Assembly: GCF_009914755.1 (NCBI RefSeq)
Contig: NC_060925.1
Strand: one strand, 5' to 3'
From: the human T2T-CHM13v2.0 reference genome, Homo sapiens
DNA length: 64,000 nt
Position numbers and translations under genes: made by a program. Position 1 is the stretch's first letter. The number at the start of each line of letters is the position of its first letter. A model generated the notes under the pieces. The model made no database searches. It saw only the letters and a list, made by a program, of their open reading frames with translations, and had not been told where the DNA came from. Of the stretch, positions 17,537 through 35,777 are shown one piece after another.

Positions 17537-17576
17537 AATAAATGAAGAAAGGAAGTAAACTCTGAAAAATAATAAA
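17537..17576 (+). terminator. Distal poly(A) signal pair (AATAAA x2)
   Basis: AATAAA at 17537 and 17571 with U-rich downstream sequence. Confidence 0.55.
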
Positions 17577-17750
17577 CATGTTTATACTCTCATTTTAGGT
17601 ATTATTTTTATTTCTGAAGCTGGATGCTCAAAAATTAAAACGTTTATAAGTTTCTAAATTAAACTTAATTTATAAAAGAAAAAAGAATCCCTATTTTTGT
17701 TATTTCAAAAAATAACCATTACTTTGGTTAACTACAAACAAACTTCCTCA

Positions 17751-18198
<448 letters not shown>

Positions 18199-18438
18199 TC
18201 AGTGATGAATAGATTAGGAAGGAATTTTTAACCAAGAGATCACTTCAGAATCCTCAGTAAATATTTTTTAAAATGTATGCATACTCAGCCCTAATCCCAG
18301 AGTCTCAAGCTGTGAAGGTCTAGGTAAGACTTGGACATCTGCAGTTTTTTAAAACTCCATGGAATTTCTAATAACCCCCCATGAGAACCCGTGGATTAGA
18401 GGCAAAGGAAAGGTCATTAAGAATCAAGAGTCTAAAAC

Positions 18439-18867
<429 letters not shown>

Positions 18868-19525
18868 TTAGAGCATTTGGCTTGGTATTCATTCCTGCTG
18901 TATACCAGATTCATCTATGTTCATGGAAATAAGCTGGAAATGAGCTCTTTACAGGCTTCATATGAAAGGAAACAAATCTAAGTGATACGGAGTCAGAAAC
19001 ATGTATTTTCAGAAGTTGCTAGTTGTTACCAGGCTGACAAAGATTCACCCACAGCTTCCCTGGATTATTTGACAAGAAGACACTGAGTGTTCCCACTGTG
19101 TCCTTGAGCTCTTTCGGGTTCCCTGGAGCCTACACAATAATTATACTGCTCTGAGACATTTTCATATTTCAGATGGAGTCAGCAGAGAAGACAGCGTCGT
19201 TTTTCCTTTTTAGATTCATTAATTAATAACTCAATCCTTAAGCAACTGACAGACCGTTATTCTTTTTAAGGTGCTAGGAGTTGCGATTTGTCAGTGACCC
19301 CTGGCCATGAATTCCCTCTGGGATTTAAGTCTTTTAGGAGTTACCTCCCCAGCAGTGCAGACCTCCTTGTTGTAAAATGGATGGAATGTCTGGGAGTACA
19401 CCAAGGCATACTCGCAAATCCTTTTGCATGGCTGGGAACTTCCAAGAAACCACAGTGGCAGATATTAAAAAGCCAATATAAGATATAAGATATATAAGAT
19501 ATAAGAAAACCAATTGTCATGGTCT

Positions 19526-19895
19526 TGTTAAAAGAAAAACTTCAGACAAATTTAACAGAGTTGAGTTGAACAAAGAACAATTTGTGACTTGGGCAGCCCC
19601 TGAATCAGAACAGGTACAGAGCAGCTCTGGTGCTGCTGCATGAGAGGACTTGGGGACTGAGGGGGGAAAGTGAGGCGCAGAAACTGCTGGATTGGTTACA
19701 GCTTGGTGTTTGCCTTATGTAAACAATTTGAACAGTTGGCTGCCTTTCATTCACCAAAACTTGGTGATCGGTACAAAAGTAGGTTACAATCTGTTTACAC
19801 ATCCAGTGAGGTTACAGTTCACTGTGTATGGAAAAACCTTTAGGCTGAACTTAAAATATGTCAGGAGGCAGATTTAGGCTAACCTTTATTTAACA
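19526..19895 (-). mobile_element. ERV1 solo LTR, MER57 family
   Basis: TG...CA ends, 4-bp TSD GTCT; reverse strand begins TGTTAAATAAAGGTTAGCCTAAATCTGCCTCC. Confidence 0.8.
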
Positions 19896-20317
19896 GTCTT
19901 TGCAAGACAAGCTACCAGAGGAGAAAGATTCTGTAAATAGTTGTAGACGGGAGAAAAAGGAGATTATATGCATACTTAGTATAAACAACGAAATGGTATT
20001 ATGGTTCTGAAATCAGATATATGTATTATAAAGGATTGGGGTGGCTGTGATACCAGGTTTTGCTTACTTTACCTTTTCTATCCCTCAGTTATTGTCACAA
20101 GCATGAATTGCTCATGAGGGAGATTAGTACCAGAAAATCCCAGAGCATCAACAAGAGATATTAACCATCAAAATGGCTTTTTAAAAATGTATTTAAACAT
20201 AGGCAGTTCTTTTTAGCTATTCAATTAGACGATCACCATTGGACAACCAAACAGCATAGGCTAGTGTGCTTCTGAGACCACAATAGTGTTCAGGTTTTTA
20301 TAGATAAAACCTGCAGT

Positions 20318-20618
20318 GGCCAGGTACGGTGGCTTACACCTGTAATCCCAGCACTTTGGGAGGCTGAGTTGGGTGGATTGCTTGGGTTCAGGAGTTCGAG
20401 ACCAGCCTGGGCAACATGGTGAAACTTCATCTGTACAAAAATGCAAAAAGATTAGCTGGGCATGGTAGCATATGCCCATACTCCCAGCTACTCGGGAGGT
20501 GGGGGTGGGATGATTGCTTGAGCCCAGGGAGGTCAAGGTGGCAGTGAACCGTGACCATGCCACTGCACTCCAGCCTGCCTGGGTGACGGAGTGAAAGCTT
20601 GTCTCAAAAAACAAAAAA
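20318..20618 (+). mobile_element. Alu (J-like)
   Basis: Dimer; TSD aaaacctgc. Confidence 0.92.
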
Positions 20619-21010
20619 CCTGCGGGAATTTTTTACATGATTTATTTTAGATTTGGCGTGTCTTATACAAGAAAGTTCTCAAAACATATTTATCAAAGCA
20701 CATAAAATATTCCAATTACAATCTTGATTTTATTTCATCTCTTAAAGTGGTATCTTCTAATTCATATTAGCCAAAAATAAAACTTTTACTACATACCAGG
20801 CCAATTAATTTGTAGCAGTCTACACTCTTTCCTTAAATACACTGGAAAGACTTTTTATTAGTATGTCCAACAAAACTAATGGTATAATGGAATTATTTCT
20901 GAATTTGATACAAGATTTTTACACATACGCATGCATGTTTTCCAAAAGAATACCACTCTTTTTAGCATCCTCCTTTCTTCATGAATAACTTAAAATTGTA
21001 GCTACATATA

Positions 21011-21277
21011 TTTCCTTTTTTTTTAAGTGGAGTCTCTCTCTGTTGCCCAGGTTGGAGTGCGGTGTAATCTCGTCTCAATGCAACCTCTGTCTCCTGGGTT
21101 CAAGCGATTCTCATGCCTCAGTCTCCCAAGGAGGTGGGATTACAGGCACGCACCACCCCACATGGCTAATTTTTCTATTCTCAGTAGAGATGGGGTTTCA
21201 TCGTGTTGGCCAGGCTGGTCTTGAATTCCTGACCTCAAATGATCTGCCTGCCTCGGCCTCCCAAAGTGCTGGGATTA
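21011..21277 (-). mobile_element. Alu (5'-truncated)
   Basis: Antisense Alu; TSD agctacatatattt. Confidence 0.92.
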
Positions 21278-22363
21278 GCTACATATATTTCATAAATAAA
21301 TGAGAAAGACAGACTTACATAGTGAAAAGTTTAATTATATTAGCACAACATCATTTTAATCTGGACTTAACTGCTTTTATAAAAGTTGTTGCATTATTTA
21401 TTTTTCAGTGGTTTTAATACTATTCCTCAAAATGTGTTAGCAGCTTATTTTAATCATAAAATGAAGTCAGTTTTTTTTTTTTTTTTTTTTTTTTTAACTG
21501 ACAGGCTAATCTAGCTAATTGTTTAGACAGACTGGTAATTAGGCTACATGGGGGATGTCTTCCATTTTTTCAGTTTTCTAAATCTGCAGCTCCAAAGTTT
21601 TGATGAAAATATAATTAAGCCACATGATAATATAAAAGCATTTTATTATTTTTTAAAGTATCAGCAAAGATGTATTGAAATGAACAATTTCCCCCAACTC
21701 TTCCTGATTATATTGGATTAAACAAGGAGTACTTCAGAGAAAAACAGCAGGTGTAATTAGTGGTCACTTGGTAGGTCTGAGGAGATGGCACCACTACAGC
21801 TTAGAAGAAACACAGTTCCTATTGGACTGTGAGGAATAGCTGGCCCCTGCTGGCTCACCCCAACACTGCCATGTGGAAAGAGAAACCAACTTGTATGTTC
21901 TTTAAGCCACTCTACTCAGGGTCTCTGTTACAGTAGCTCAGCTGTACCCTAAGTAATACAGAATTAACCTCAACAGCTTCCTGACCTGGTTGTGTACTTA
22001 GCATAGCTTGTCTAGCTACACTGATGATATTTTAGATTTTATTAACATTTTCACATTTTTTTCCCTCTCAATGGATATTTATGTGCATTTTCATCATGGA
22101 AGATAATGACATTTTGTACTAAATTCAACTCATTCATTCACTCATTTTTACGTGCACTGCAGAACGTTTAAACACAATTTTAAGACACTCTTTGTTTTCT
22201 CTTCACATGCTTTATTCCTCTCTTCTAGACAGTTTTCCTTCAGTACCCATCTGACTCCCATCAAAGCAAAGTGAGCAGTTTTGCTGTTGAAGAGTATCTA
22301 TGTCTCTGGGGTCAAGATTCTTTCCCTTTCCCCACCTACACCCTTTTGTTCTCTTTAATATAG

Positions 22364-22809
<446 letters not shown>

Positions 22810-23828
22810 TAACATCGACGGGGAGGGTCCTGGCCAGCACTGCCTCACATCTTGTCATTTTTCTTTTTTGATCCCCAGGAACCCAGTGTGTCTGAGATGC
22901 TGGTTATACTGGCATGTCATGACAAACGAACTTCAGCCTGGTACTCTTGCTTGCATGTTAGCCTAAGGAATTGTGATTGCAGAGCCCTGGTGAATCAAAT
23001 TATCCTTATCCTCCATGGAAAATGCCCTTGGAGGCACCCTGCACTGTGGCTATGTGTGTGGACCTCAGGCTGGAAAAGTAAAAGTGTGTGAACAAAGGCT
23101 GAGACCTGTTTTCATAGCTTGGTGGAGATAGAAGAACATGTGTCAATTCCTTTCTACTAAAGGGAGCATTAGAGAGAATGCCACTTTAGAGTATGGAGTA
23201 TGTTAGGGGTTTCAGGGCTGTTCTAATGAGGATTTTCTCATGTTTCATAAACAAATTTTCCTAGGCTTAACAATAGTACCTTTTTTTGTTTTCAATTACA
23301 CACACACAAAAATGGCTTCACATTTCACAGCTTCATTGTTTTCTTGCCTGTTCTGTCATTCTCAGATAACGCCTAGACTCTCTTCCCCCTGGGTCCCCTA
23401 GCTCAATCAGCCCTCCTCTTGCTGGATGTCAGTATCTGGGCAGCCTCAAGGCTTGCTGCCCCAGGTTACTGAGCTACTTGGTTCTTCACAGTGTGAAAAA
23501 GCTGCCTTTGATTTTCCCTTTGACCTCTCACTTTCTGCTTCTTTCTGTGGTCACAGATTCATTTTCTCCTGCATTCCTCCTCCTTGGCTTTGTGTTCCAT
23601 AGACTAGACTACTGCCCTGTTTGTTGTTTTTGCCTGTTTTCCCATCTCCAGAATTTGCCTGAAGATCCTTTCCTCTTCAATAGACTTGCCAAGTGATATT
23701 CAATCCAATCAAACAATGTGTCAGTGTTTCCCAAACTCCAATCATTCTGGTACACTACCACAATGTTTTACCCAGTATTCTTAATATTTTTATTTTAAGT
23801 TAACTTCGTATATCAAAAACAGAAAATC

Positions 23829-23995
23829 TGCCTGGGTGCAGTGGCTCATGCCTGTAATCCCAGCACTTTGGGAGGTCAAGGCAGGTGGATCACTTGAGGC
23901 CAGGAGTTCGAGAACAGCCCGGCCAAGATGGTGCCACTGCATTCCAGCCTAGGCAACAGAGCAAGATTCTGTCTCAAGAAAAGAAGAAAAGAAAA
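23829..23995 (+). mobile_element. Internally deleted Alu
   Basis: Left arm fused directly to gccactgcattccagcc and tail. Confidence 0.85.
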
Positions 23996-24934
23996 TGTAT
24001 CATTATTGTAAGTGGGAAAGCAAAGTTACTTTTCCATAAATAGAAGGTAACTATAATAAAAATAAATACATAGGTATCTCCTACCTGTGTGGTGTCCTTT
24101 CCCCATTGTTTGCTGCAGTGCCTTCGCTGCTGCAGAATATTCCTGGTCTCAGACTGTACAGCTTTAGCCTGCCAAGGAACAGCCCCTGAGCCTGAGAAAC
24201 TGACCACAAGAGTTAAGGCTACTGTCTGTTCCTTCCTTGCACTGCGGTGGGTGTCACAGTGGGAGCAGGAGGTGTACACAGCGGTCCCAGAACACAGCTC
24301 TCTCCTCCCGTTAAGGGGTCTACTTCAGCATTCCCATGGAAGCTCATATGCTGAGTGAGTCTCGTGTCTGAATCCCAGTGGGGAGCTGTGTGGGCTCCAA
24401 GTAGTTGCTATGCAATTCAACCTTTATTGCCTTTTCCTAAATCTGACAGCCCCCAAATGGTTATCCTAAAATTGTTCATTGTCCTCCTTCTTTTGGGTAA
24501 TTCTGCAAAGCTGTGGGACATGGTACACAGGCAGCCGGGGTTTGTGTGAGGCCAAGCAAATCCAACTCCAGTCCTTGCGCACACACCCTGAGCACATGTC
24601 TGCCATAACTAATAATTAAATTATCTTCTACGTATCTAAAATCCTTCTGTGAACCGCATTTGGGGAAATACCTATCTAAAGGTATTATCAAGATTTCAGG
24701 AAATTATGTCCCAGGGATAGTCTCATCCAAATTCCTTCATTTGATAAACTGAGGCTCAGAAAGGACAAGAGACACACATTATCACAATTGCTCCTCACAG
24801 CAGTCCCCTTGAGCTAAATATTATTATCCTTATTCGTTAGAAAACTGAGACAATCATGGGTAAGTGCTGGTCATGCAGCTAGTTGGCAACAAAGTCAGGA
24901 CAAGAAAGCACATCTCTGATATCTAAGACTACTC

Positions 24935-25110
24935 TTTTTTTTTTTTTAATTATTTTTTTTTTGAGACAAGTTCTCGCTCTGTCACCCAGGCTGGAGTACA
25001 GTGCTGTGAACACTGCTCACTGCAGCCTTGACCTCCTGGGCTCAAGAGATCCTCCCACCTCAGAGTCTCAAAGTGCTGAGATTACATGTGTGAGCCACCA
25101 CGCCCAGCTA
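24935..25110 (-). mobile_element. Internally deleted Alu or monomer
   Basis: gagacaagttctcgctctgtc...caaagtgctgagattaca. Confidence 0.85.
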
Positions 25111-25682
25111 AGACTGTTCTTATCCATTATCCCAAGATAAATTTTAAATGTAAGTGATTCTGACTCTTATTCTAAAACCAAACACAGAACACATCCACTT
25201 CCTTCCCAAGTGTAGACTGTGGGAGCCATCCTCCAACATATCAAAAATCCACATTTTTTTCCCATAGGGTCAGGTGTCTAAATCACCCAACTCTGTTTTA
25301 TGCATGAAATGTTCCATACTTAATGGCATAGAAAAAAATAGGTAGAAAAAATGACCACTGCGGGAAAAAATATTAAATGGAAATACTATATAAATAAAAT
25401 TTTCAAAACCAAATGAATTCCTAGACTGTTGGAATATTCATTTAAGTAATAAACACATAAAAAGCAGACTATTTGTTTATTTCAGATGTATGAAAGCCCT
25501 TCGGTTCTCTGGATTTAAATTTAAACATTAAATTTACATTCTATTTATGTCCTGACACATGTACACATTCAATACTATTATCAGAGTTATTATAAGAGTT
25601 AACAGTAAAACAGGTTACTTAACTGCCTGGGCATCAGAGATGAACCAAGTCTTTCAGACAATGCAGCCCACCAACCCACTAG

Positions 25683-26652
<970 letters not shown>

Positions 26653-27446
26653 CTGATAGATGGCAAGTTCTTTAAGGACAGGGATCATGCTTTACATATC
26701 CATGAATCCTCACTGCTTATCACAACGCTTACATCAGCAGGTACTCAATAAATCATTGTTGAATGAATGATAACATCTAAACTTACTCTACGTATGTTTT
26801 CTTTGGCAAAGGACACATGGCCTCAGTTGGTGCTTGCACCTGCCTCATGCCAATGCCCACCACTAGCCAAAGCTTGTTTGCCTTTTTTTTGTTCCAAGGC
26901 TTAGGCCCCCAGTAACTTCCCAAAGACCACGGCTCCTGGGCATGAGTTGTCTCTACGTCAGCTCATTGGTGGAGCAGACGGATATATGCTTCTGAGCTCA
27001 CTGCCAACTTCCTCAAAGTAGATTGTGGCCAGAAAGGAGGAGGGCTGACTGGCGAATAAAGGAGGTGCCTGATGAGAAGTGTTATAGGAGGGCTGGTTAG
27101 ACAGTGAGCAGTGGGCAGATGAAGTGACCAGGAAAGAGGCAGAGAAACACCAACAGCACCCACCTTCCACCCCCATAGAGTGCTAAGGCTGTTTTAACAC
27201 AGAATTCTTTCATGCATAGTGATAACAATTATCCAAAGATCTGCTGACAACAAAGTGACATACTCAGTGAGGAGGCTGCTGAAATATTCCAAATTTGAGA
27301 TAAGGGCCTGGCCTACGGTGAACAGAGAAGATACTTTGGCTTATTCTTCCAATCCTAATTGGAAATTTAGTGTCCGCAACTAGTCTTATCTTCTTTGACT
27401 AAAGTGAACTGGATTGACATAGACTCCTTTTGAAAGTTGATATTAA

Positions 27447-27787
<341 letters not shown>

Positions 27788-29156
27788 TTAAATTCTCTTC
27801 TTATCACCCACACTTGACACACAAAAAGGCTATTTGTTAGCCTTTTCATTTCACAGTTAGAATTTTTGTGCCCCATACCTATCTGCACTCTGATAAACCT
27901 GTCTGAAACCTATACTTGTGAAATGAACAATATTTTTCATTCAGCATGCCTTTTCCTGAATACCTTAGTCGTATAGCGAAACGGAATTAAACAAAAAGAA
28001 GACACCCTGAACTTTGATATTAAGTTTGGATTCAAAAATTTCTGAGCACACCTTTCTCATTTTCACTGGGGCCTACTATTGCTTGCTGAGGGTCAAGAAT
28101 TAGGAGACGTGGACAGTGAAGACTGAGCCGTATGACTCCCAAATGGAATCCTGTTGAGGTCACTCTGTACCAATTGTTGAGAGCACCACCTACTGGATTC
28201 TCAACCTCAATCTCCTCTCAAGCATCCTGCATATAGTTGCTAGCATGGCTGGTAAATGAGAACTCAAAAAGTCATCCTGTCTTGAAGGGTACTTTGGGAC
28301 CCAGAGGGACAGCCAGAGTGTGCTAAAGATTCTTTATATTACAGAAAAGTATAATAATTACATTACTTATTTCTTGAGCATGTAGATTTACCCCAAAATA
28401 AATCACATGGTGATACTCATCATGTAATGCTGTTATGTATTTTTCTGTCTGCTGATCTCAACTAACTCCTAATAGATTGTGCTACCCAATAGATAACGAT
28501 GTATCTTTTATTAAAACATATGCTTAATTTTGTTGTTAAGTATTTATATTTCTACTATAAATACTTTAAAAAGTATTTGAGGTAGCGTTTATACTTGGAT
28601 GGCCAGCAGTATTAAGGAAGTCAATATAAACATTCTTATGATATTGAGGATGGCAGACTTGTTCCATCAGTAGTGGACTGCTCACCTTTGGACTCTTATA
28701 TGAGAAAAAAAATTCCTGATTTACCTAAACCCCAATATTTTGGGGTTTCTTTGCATAACAGCCTAGCCTATACCCAAACTACTCTAGTCACACAGTAAGA
28801 AGCGGAGCTCTAATTTGAACCCACATGAGCCCATTTCCAAAAGGGAAGATCTTTTGATGCTATGGTGTCCCTCACTAATAAATTTTAAAAGAATAAACAA
28901 AATAAAGCTTATGAAAGAAATGGCAGTAAAAGAGAATGATAATACAATCTTGATTAATTCAGAGAAAGATATCCACTCTGAAAATTAGGCACACTGTTTC
29001 TATTCTATGATCCAATTTTAATTTGTTTGGTTTTTCCATTTTTACTATCTCTGTAATCTGAATGCATCTTATAATTGATGCTGTCTTAAATTGCTGTTAG
29101 GCAGGTGTCAGTCATGACACAGTTATGTGAAATCTTCTGTTGATAACTTTCAGTAA

Positions 29157-29460
<304 letters not shown>

Positions 29461-29679
29461 TAGTAAGATTTTTTTTTTAAAGCACAAACCAAAGGGTCTT
29501 AAACTCAATGAAATAAAATAATATAGGAACCACAGAAAAAGTAATCCTAGACTACGAAAATACATGGAAGAGGAGCCAGAAAGCCATTTGGAAGAATCAT
29601 AAAGAGTTGAAAATAATTAAGATGAAAGGTTTTTTTAAAGCGCTGACATAAAAAAAGGATAGGTATGAAAGGAAACTAA

Positions 29680-30022
<343 letters not shown>

Positions 30023-30518
30023 GGAAATGGCTTTTTAAAAGACAAAAATTGTTTTGCAAAAAATAGAAATAAGAAACAGAGAGCTAACCTAAATTTTTAA
30101 AAACCCAAAATAATTATTTTAGAGGAAGTAAGAGTATAGATGGAACAGAAGCAGTAATTGAAGATATTATGAAATAAGACTTGCTTGAACTGAATAAAAG
30201 ATTTAAGTATGCAAGGCAAAAGGACATGCAATGAACTAGAAAAAATGAATTAAAATAAACACCCAGATACATGCTGCCTTTAAAATGTATAAAGGTAAAG
30301 AAGGAAAAAATCTACAATTAACCAGGCAGAAAAAGTGAGAAAGAGAAAAAAAGATAATCCACAAAAGAATACAAATTATTCTAGGTTCATATTTCTCTTC
30401 TTTCATATTAAATGCCAAAATACAACACACATGTCGGGAGATGTTGGAATGGAAGTCCAGGCATCTGTCCCTCCACCAAAGCAACAAGTCAACTGGCAGA
30501 GGCTATCTGAAACAACTA

Positions 30519-30941
30519 CAGTTGACCCTTTAACAACACAAATTTGAACCGTAGATCCACTTATTCAGGGATTTTCTTCCACTTTTGCCACTCCTGAGGA
30601 AGTAAGATCGGCCCCTCCTCTTTCTCCTCCTCCTCAACCTATTCAACGTGAAGATGACAAGTATGAAGACCATTATGATGATCCAGTTTCATTTAATGAA
30701 TAGGAAATATATTTTCTCTTCCTTATGATTTCCTTAATAACATTTTCTTTTCTCTAACTTACTTTATTGTAAGAATACATATGTATTATATGTGTTAATT
30801 GGATGCTTTTTTATCAGTAAGGCTTCTGGTCAACAGTAGACTATCAGTGGTTAAGTTTGGGGGAGTCAAAAGTTACATGTAGATTTTCAACTGCATGGGA
30901 GGTCAGTGCCCCTGACTCCCATGTTGATTAAAGATCAACTG
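30519..30941 (+). mobile_element. Tigger2a/MER28-like DNA transposon
   Basis: TIRs CAGTTGACCCTT...AAGATCAACTG flanked by TA; 423 bp. Confidence 0.85.
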
Positions 30942-31980
30942 TATTTTGGAATTCTGGTTCTAGTAGAACACATGCAGCACCCAGGAGAGAGTGCTGGATA
31001 AAGAGACTGGTAAATTTCAGAAAATTTTAGCTTTCCAGCAGTAGCCACTACCATCTCCTATCCCCTAAACCTGCAACAGGCACCTGAAGGGATGGCAGCA
31101 AGCATTCTTGGTGTGGCTTGCTGGAGCCAGGTGGGCAATAAGAACCTTGCCCTCCAAAAATCAGGGCTGTGTGTTTTGATTGCTGATTGCTAAAGGGCCA
31201 GCACAGAGGTCATCCATTGTTTCAACCTACAGGAACTGAAGAGGAGTTTCAAGAGGCATAATCTATTTTGCCTATTTTGAGAACCAGACACTTAAGGAAA
31301 TGTTTGTAAGGTCACTAGTTGACTGACGAGACAATGAAGAGAAACTGCAGTTACCACATACAACAAGGAATATTCAATTTGCAACAATAATTTGAAAGGG
31401 TCACAAAAGGATGGCTCTAGTCCTTAACAAAGAAAACCTTGCAATCTCTGAGGAGTGGGAGAATTATATTTCCAGAGTCACTACAACACAATACTCAGAA
31501 TGTCCAGTTCTCAATTTCAAAAAAAAAAAAAAAAAAGACAAAACATATAAGAACCAAGAAAGTATGACCCATTCATAGGAAATAAAGAATTTGACAGAAG
31601 ACATCCCTGAAGAAGTCTAGACATTGGAATTATTGGTCCAAGATGTTAAATCAATGGTCTTAAATATGTTCAATGAGCTAATGGAAACCATGGGCAAAGA
31701 ACTAAAGATCAGAAAAGTGATGTATGGACAATGAAAATAGCAATAAAATGAGAATACCAATAAAGAGATAGAAATTATAAAAATGAACCAACCAGAAATT
31801 CTGGAGCTGAAAGTTATAATAACTGATATTTAAAAATTACTACAAGGACTCAACAGATTTGAGCAGGCAGAAGAAAGGATCGACAAACTGGAACTTAAGA
31901 AATTTGATATTATCCTGTCAGAGGAGAACATGGTTTAAAAAAAAAAAATTGAACCACGTCTGAGAGAACTGTTGGACACC

Positions 31981-32342
31981 AGTTTGTTCTCACACTGCTA
32001 TAAAGAATTGCCCAAGACTGGGTAATTTATAAAGAAAAGAGGTTTAATTGACTCACCATTCTTCATGGCTGGGGAGGCCTTGGGAAACTTACAATCATGG
32101 TGGAAGAGGAAGCAGTCACCTTCTTCATAAGATGGCAGGAGAGAGAAGAGTGAGCGAAGGAGGAACTTGCCAAACACTTATAAAACCATCAGATCTCATG
32201 AGAACTCACTCACTATCATGAGAACAGCATGGAGGAAACTGCCCCCATAATCCAATCACCTCCCACTAGGTTCCTCCTGCAACACCTGGGGATTACAGTT
32301 CGAGATGAGATTTGGGTGGGGACACAAAGCCTAACCACATCA
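31981..32342 (-). mobile_element. MaLR LTR (MSTA/THE1-like) inserted in L1 ORF1
   Basis: gactgggtaatttataaagaaaagaggtttaattgactcac...gagatttgggtggggacacaaagcc; gacac direct repeat. Confidence 0.85.
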
Positions 32343-32764
32343 GACACCATCAAGTGTGCCAACATATACATTATAGGAATTTTAGAAGGAGAAGGGAAAA
32401 GAGGGTAGAAAAACATATTTTATGAAATAATGGCCAAAATCGGTCTTAATCTGATGAAAGACATGAATATACACATGAAAGGAGCTCAACAAATTCTGAG
32501 CAAGATAAACTGAAAGGGATCCACAGTGAGACACATTGTAGTTAAATGGTTGAAACCTGAACACAAAGAGAGAATTTTGAAAGCAGCAAGAGAGAAACTA
32601 AGAGTCAAGTACAAAGAATCTTCAATAAGATTAACAGATGATTTCTCATCAGGAACCATATGAGCCAGAGGCAGTTGGATGACGAATTTAAAGTCATGAA
32701 AGAAAAAAACTGTCAACCAAGAATTCCACATGTGGCAAAATGATACTTCAAGAATACAAGTTTA

Positions 32765-33060
<296 letters not shown>

Positions 33061-35474
33061 ATAAAAAGAATGCAAGTTTATCTGGAAATAAAATTGTTCC
33101 AGATACACAAATAGCAGTATGTATGCCCTACAAGAAATACTAAATGGAGTCCTTCAGGCTGAAATGAAAGGACAGTAGACAGTAACTTGAAGATACGAGA
33201 AAAAAGTAAAGAACACTAGGACAGGTAATTTCATAGGTATGTATAAAATACAAATGCCTGTATTTTTGTACTTTTGGTTTGCTTTGTAGCTTCTCTTTTT
33301 CCTAGGTGATTGAAAAGGCAAATGATATACAAATAATAATTATGAATGTTAGTAGGCATGCAACCTATAAAGATGTAGTCTCTGAAAATAACAATATAAA
33401 AAAGAAGGGACAAAGATGTACAGGAGCAGGGTGTATACTATTGAAACTAAGTTGGTATTGTTCAAACTAAATGGTTATAAGTTTAAGATGCGAATTGTAA
33501 CCACCAAGGTAACCACTAAAAAAGCAACTAAAAATATACAGAAAAGAAGGGAATAAAAATGGTACACCACAAAAAGTAACTAAATACAAAAATAACAGTA
33601 ATGGAGGAATTGAAGAACAAAAAACACATAAGATGCACAAAAAACAAATAGCTAAAGGGCAGGAATATTTGTTCCTGCCTTATCAGTAATCATATTAAAC
33701 ATAAATGGATTAAGCTCTCCTATTAAAAGACAGATTGGTAGATTGAGTAAGAAAACGGGATATAGTAAGAAAAGGGTAAGAAAGTAAGTAAGGATAGTAT
33801 ATCTGTGTATATACTATCTACAAGAGACTCATTTTAGATATAAGGACACAAAGAGGATGGAAAAAGATGTTTCATGCAAATAGTAGCCAAAAAAGAGCTG
33901 GGATGGCTCCATTACTGTCAGGAAAAATGTACTTTATGTTTAAAAAGTTTATAAGAGCCAAAGAAGGACATTATATATTGATAGAAGTGCCAATACAGCA
34001 ACAAGATATAACAATTATAAACATAAAGATACTTAACAAAGGTGCCCTAAAATATATAAAGCAAAAATGAACAGAATTGAAGGGAAAAATAGACAGTTCT
34101 ACAATAATAGTTGGAGACTTCAGTACTCCACTTTCAATAATTTGATAGAACCAGAAGAGAGAAGGTAAGTACAGAAATAGATTTACAGAAGGTAAGTCCA
34201 TAAAAAGAAATAAAGTTCTGATACATCCTACAACATGCATGAACCTTGAAAACATTATGTTATGCTAAGTGCAATAAGCCAGACACCAAAGGACAAATAC
34301 TGTGTGATTCCACTTATATGAGGTACCTAGAACAGGCAAATTCATAAAGACAGAAAGTAGAATAGCGATTTACCAGGGGCTGGGGTAAGGAGTTATTGCT
34401 TTCTTCTTACAGAGTTTCTGTCTGGGGTGGTGAAAAATTTTGGGACTAAATAGCGATGGTCGCACAACATTGTGAATATAATTAACGTCACTGAATTGTG
34501 TACTTAAAAATAGTAGCCCCAACTGTTCAAGAGGCTGAGGCAAGAGGATCACTTGAGCCCAGGAGTTCGAGTCCAGCCTGGGAAACATTGCGAGTCTCTG
34601 TCTCTAAAAAAAATAAAAATAAATTTAAACAATAGTTAAAAGGTAAATTTTATGTTATAAATAATTTACCATAATAAAAATAATAATGTAACGTAACAAA
34701 ACCCAATGCACTGTACACTTTACATGGTATGTTAATTGCATCTCCATAAAGCTGTTTTAAAAAAAACTTTGAGGGGAACAAGTTGTGATCATAACACAGC
34801 AATCAGTTTTGAGAGGCAAAAGGTTGTCATTCAGGAATTTAGAAGGGCCAGGCATGGTGGCTCACGCCTGTAATCTCAACATTTTGAGAGGCTAAGGCAG
34901 AGAGGATTGATTGAAGCTGTGAGTTCAACATAGCCAGACTCTATCTCTACAAAAAATAAATTAAAAATAAAAGAATTTCATAGACAGCCAACTAGTTGCT
35001 CATGTATATGAGCAATAGAAAGACCTTTTATATATAGTAGAGCTTAAAGCATCTATCATGCATGTGCCCTTCTTCAAAAATTACTTGCAACTAAAGGCTA
35101 CTCTTTTTCCTTCTCTTTTGCATTAGAGTTCAAACCCATCTCATTCCATGAATCCTTCTCAATACTTCATATTTTAAATTAATTTCTTCCTTTTCTCCAG
35201 TCAGTAGCTTCTCATTTGTATTTCCATTATTTCATTTATTATGATCTGTTCTTACTCATTTATATCCACTTTTGGTCTATATATTGCAGCCTCTTTGGGG
35301 AAGAAATCCTATTTCGAACATCCTTGTTATCCCCAAAGCACCTGACATAGTGCTTATTCACTTTAAGCACTCAACAAACCCTTGTTTTATTGAATTTTCT
35401 GAAGCTCTGCTCTCATTATTATACATTTTCATAGTCCGAAAAATGCCACTTATTTCAATTTCTTTGAAATTAAG

Positions 35475-35777
35475 TTTTTGTTTGTTTGTTTGTTTTTGAG
35501 ACAGCGTCTCTCCTCTGTCACCCAGGCTGGAGTGCAATGGTGCAATCAAGACCCACTACACCCTTGACCTCCCACACTGAAGTGATTCTCTCGCCTCAGC
35601 CTCCTGAGTAGCTAGGACCACAGGTGCGTGCCACCACATCGGCTAATTATTTTTATTGTTTATAAAAATGGGTCTCCGTATGTTGTCCAGCCTCATCTTG
35701 AACCCTAGGGCTCAAGCAATCCTCCTACCTTGGCCTCCCAAAGTGCTGGGATTACAGGTGTGAACCACTGCGCCCAG
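35475..35777 (-). mobile_element. Alu (J-like)
   Basis: Antisense dimer with (TTTG)n tail. Confidence 0.9.

Larger units (their letters stand above)
15673..17690 (+). other. ACTN2: ACTN2 3'UTR (distal end approximate)
   Basis: Repeat-free AT-rich sequence after the stop with several poly(A) hexamers; first Alu begins at 17891. Confidence 0.7.

Noticed and set aside
33867-34070. ORF resembling an endonuclease
   Set aside because: Decayed L1 ORF2 fragment surrounded by stops and frameshifts; not a functional gene.
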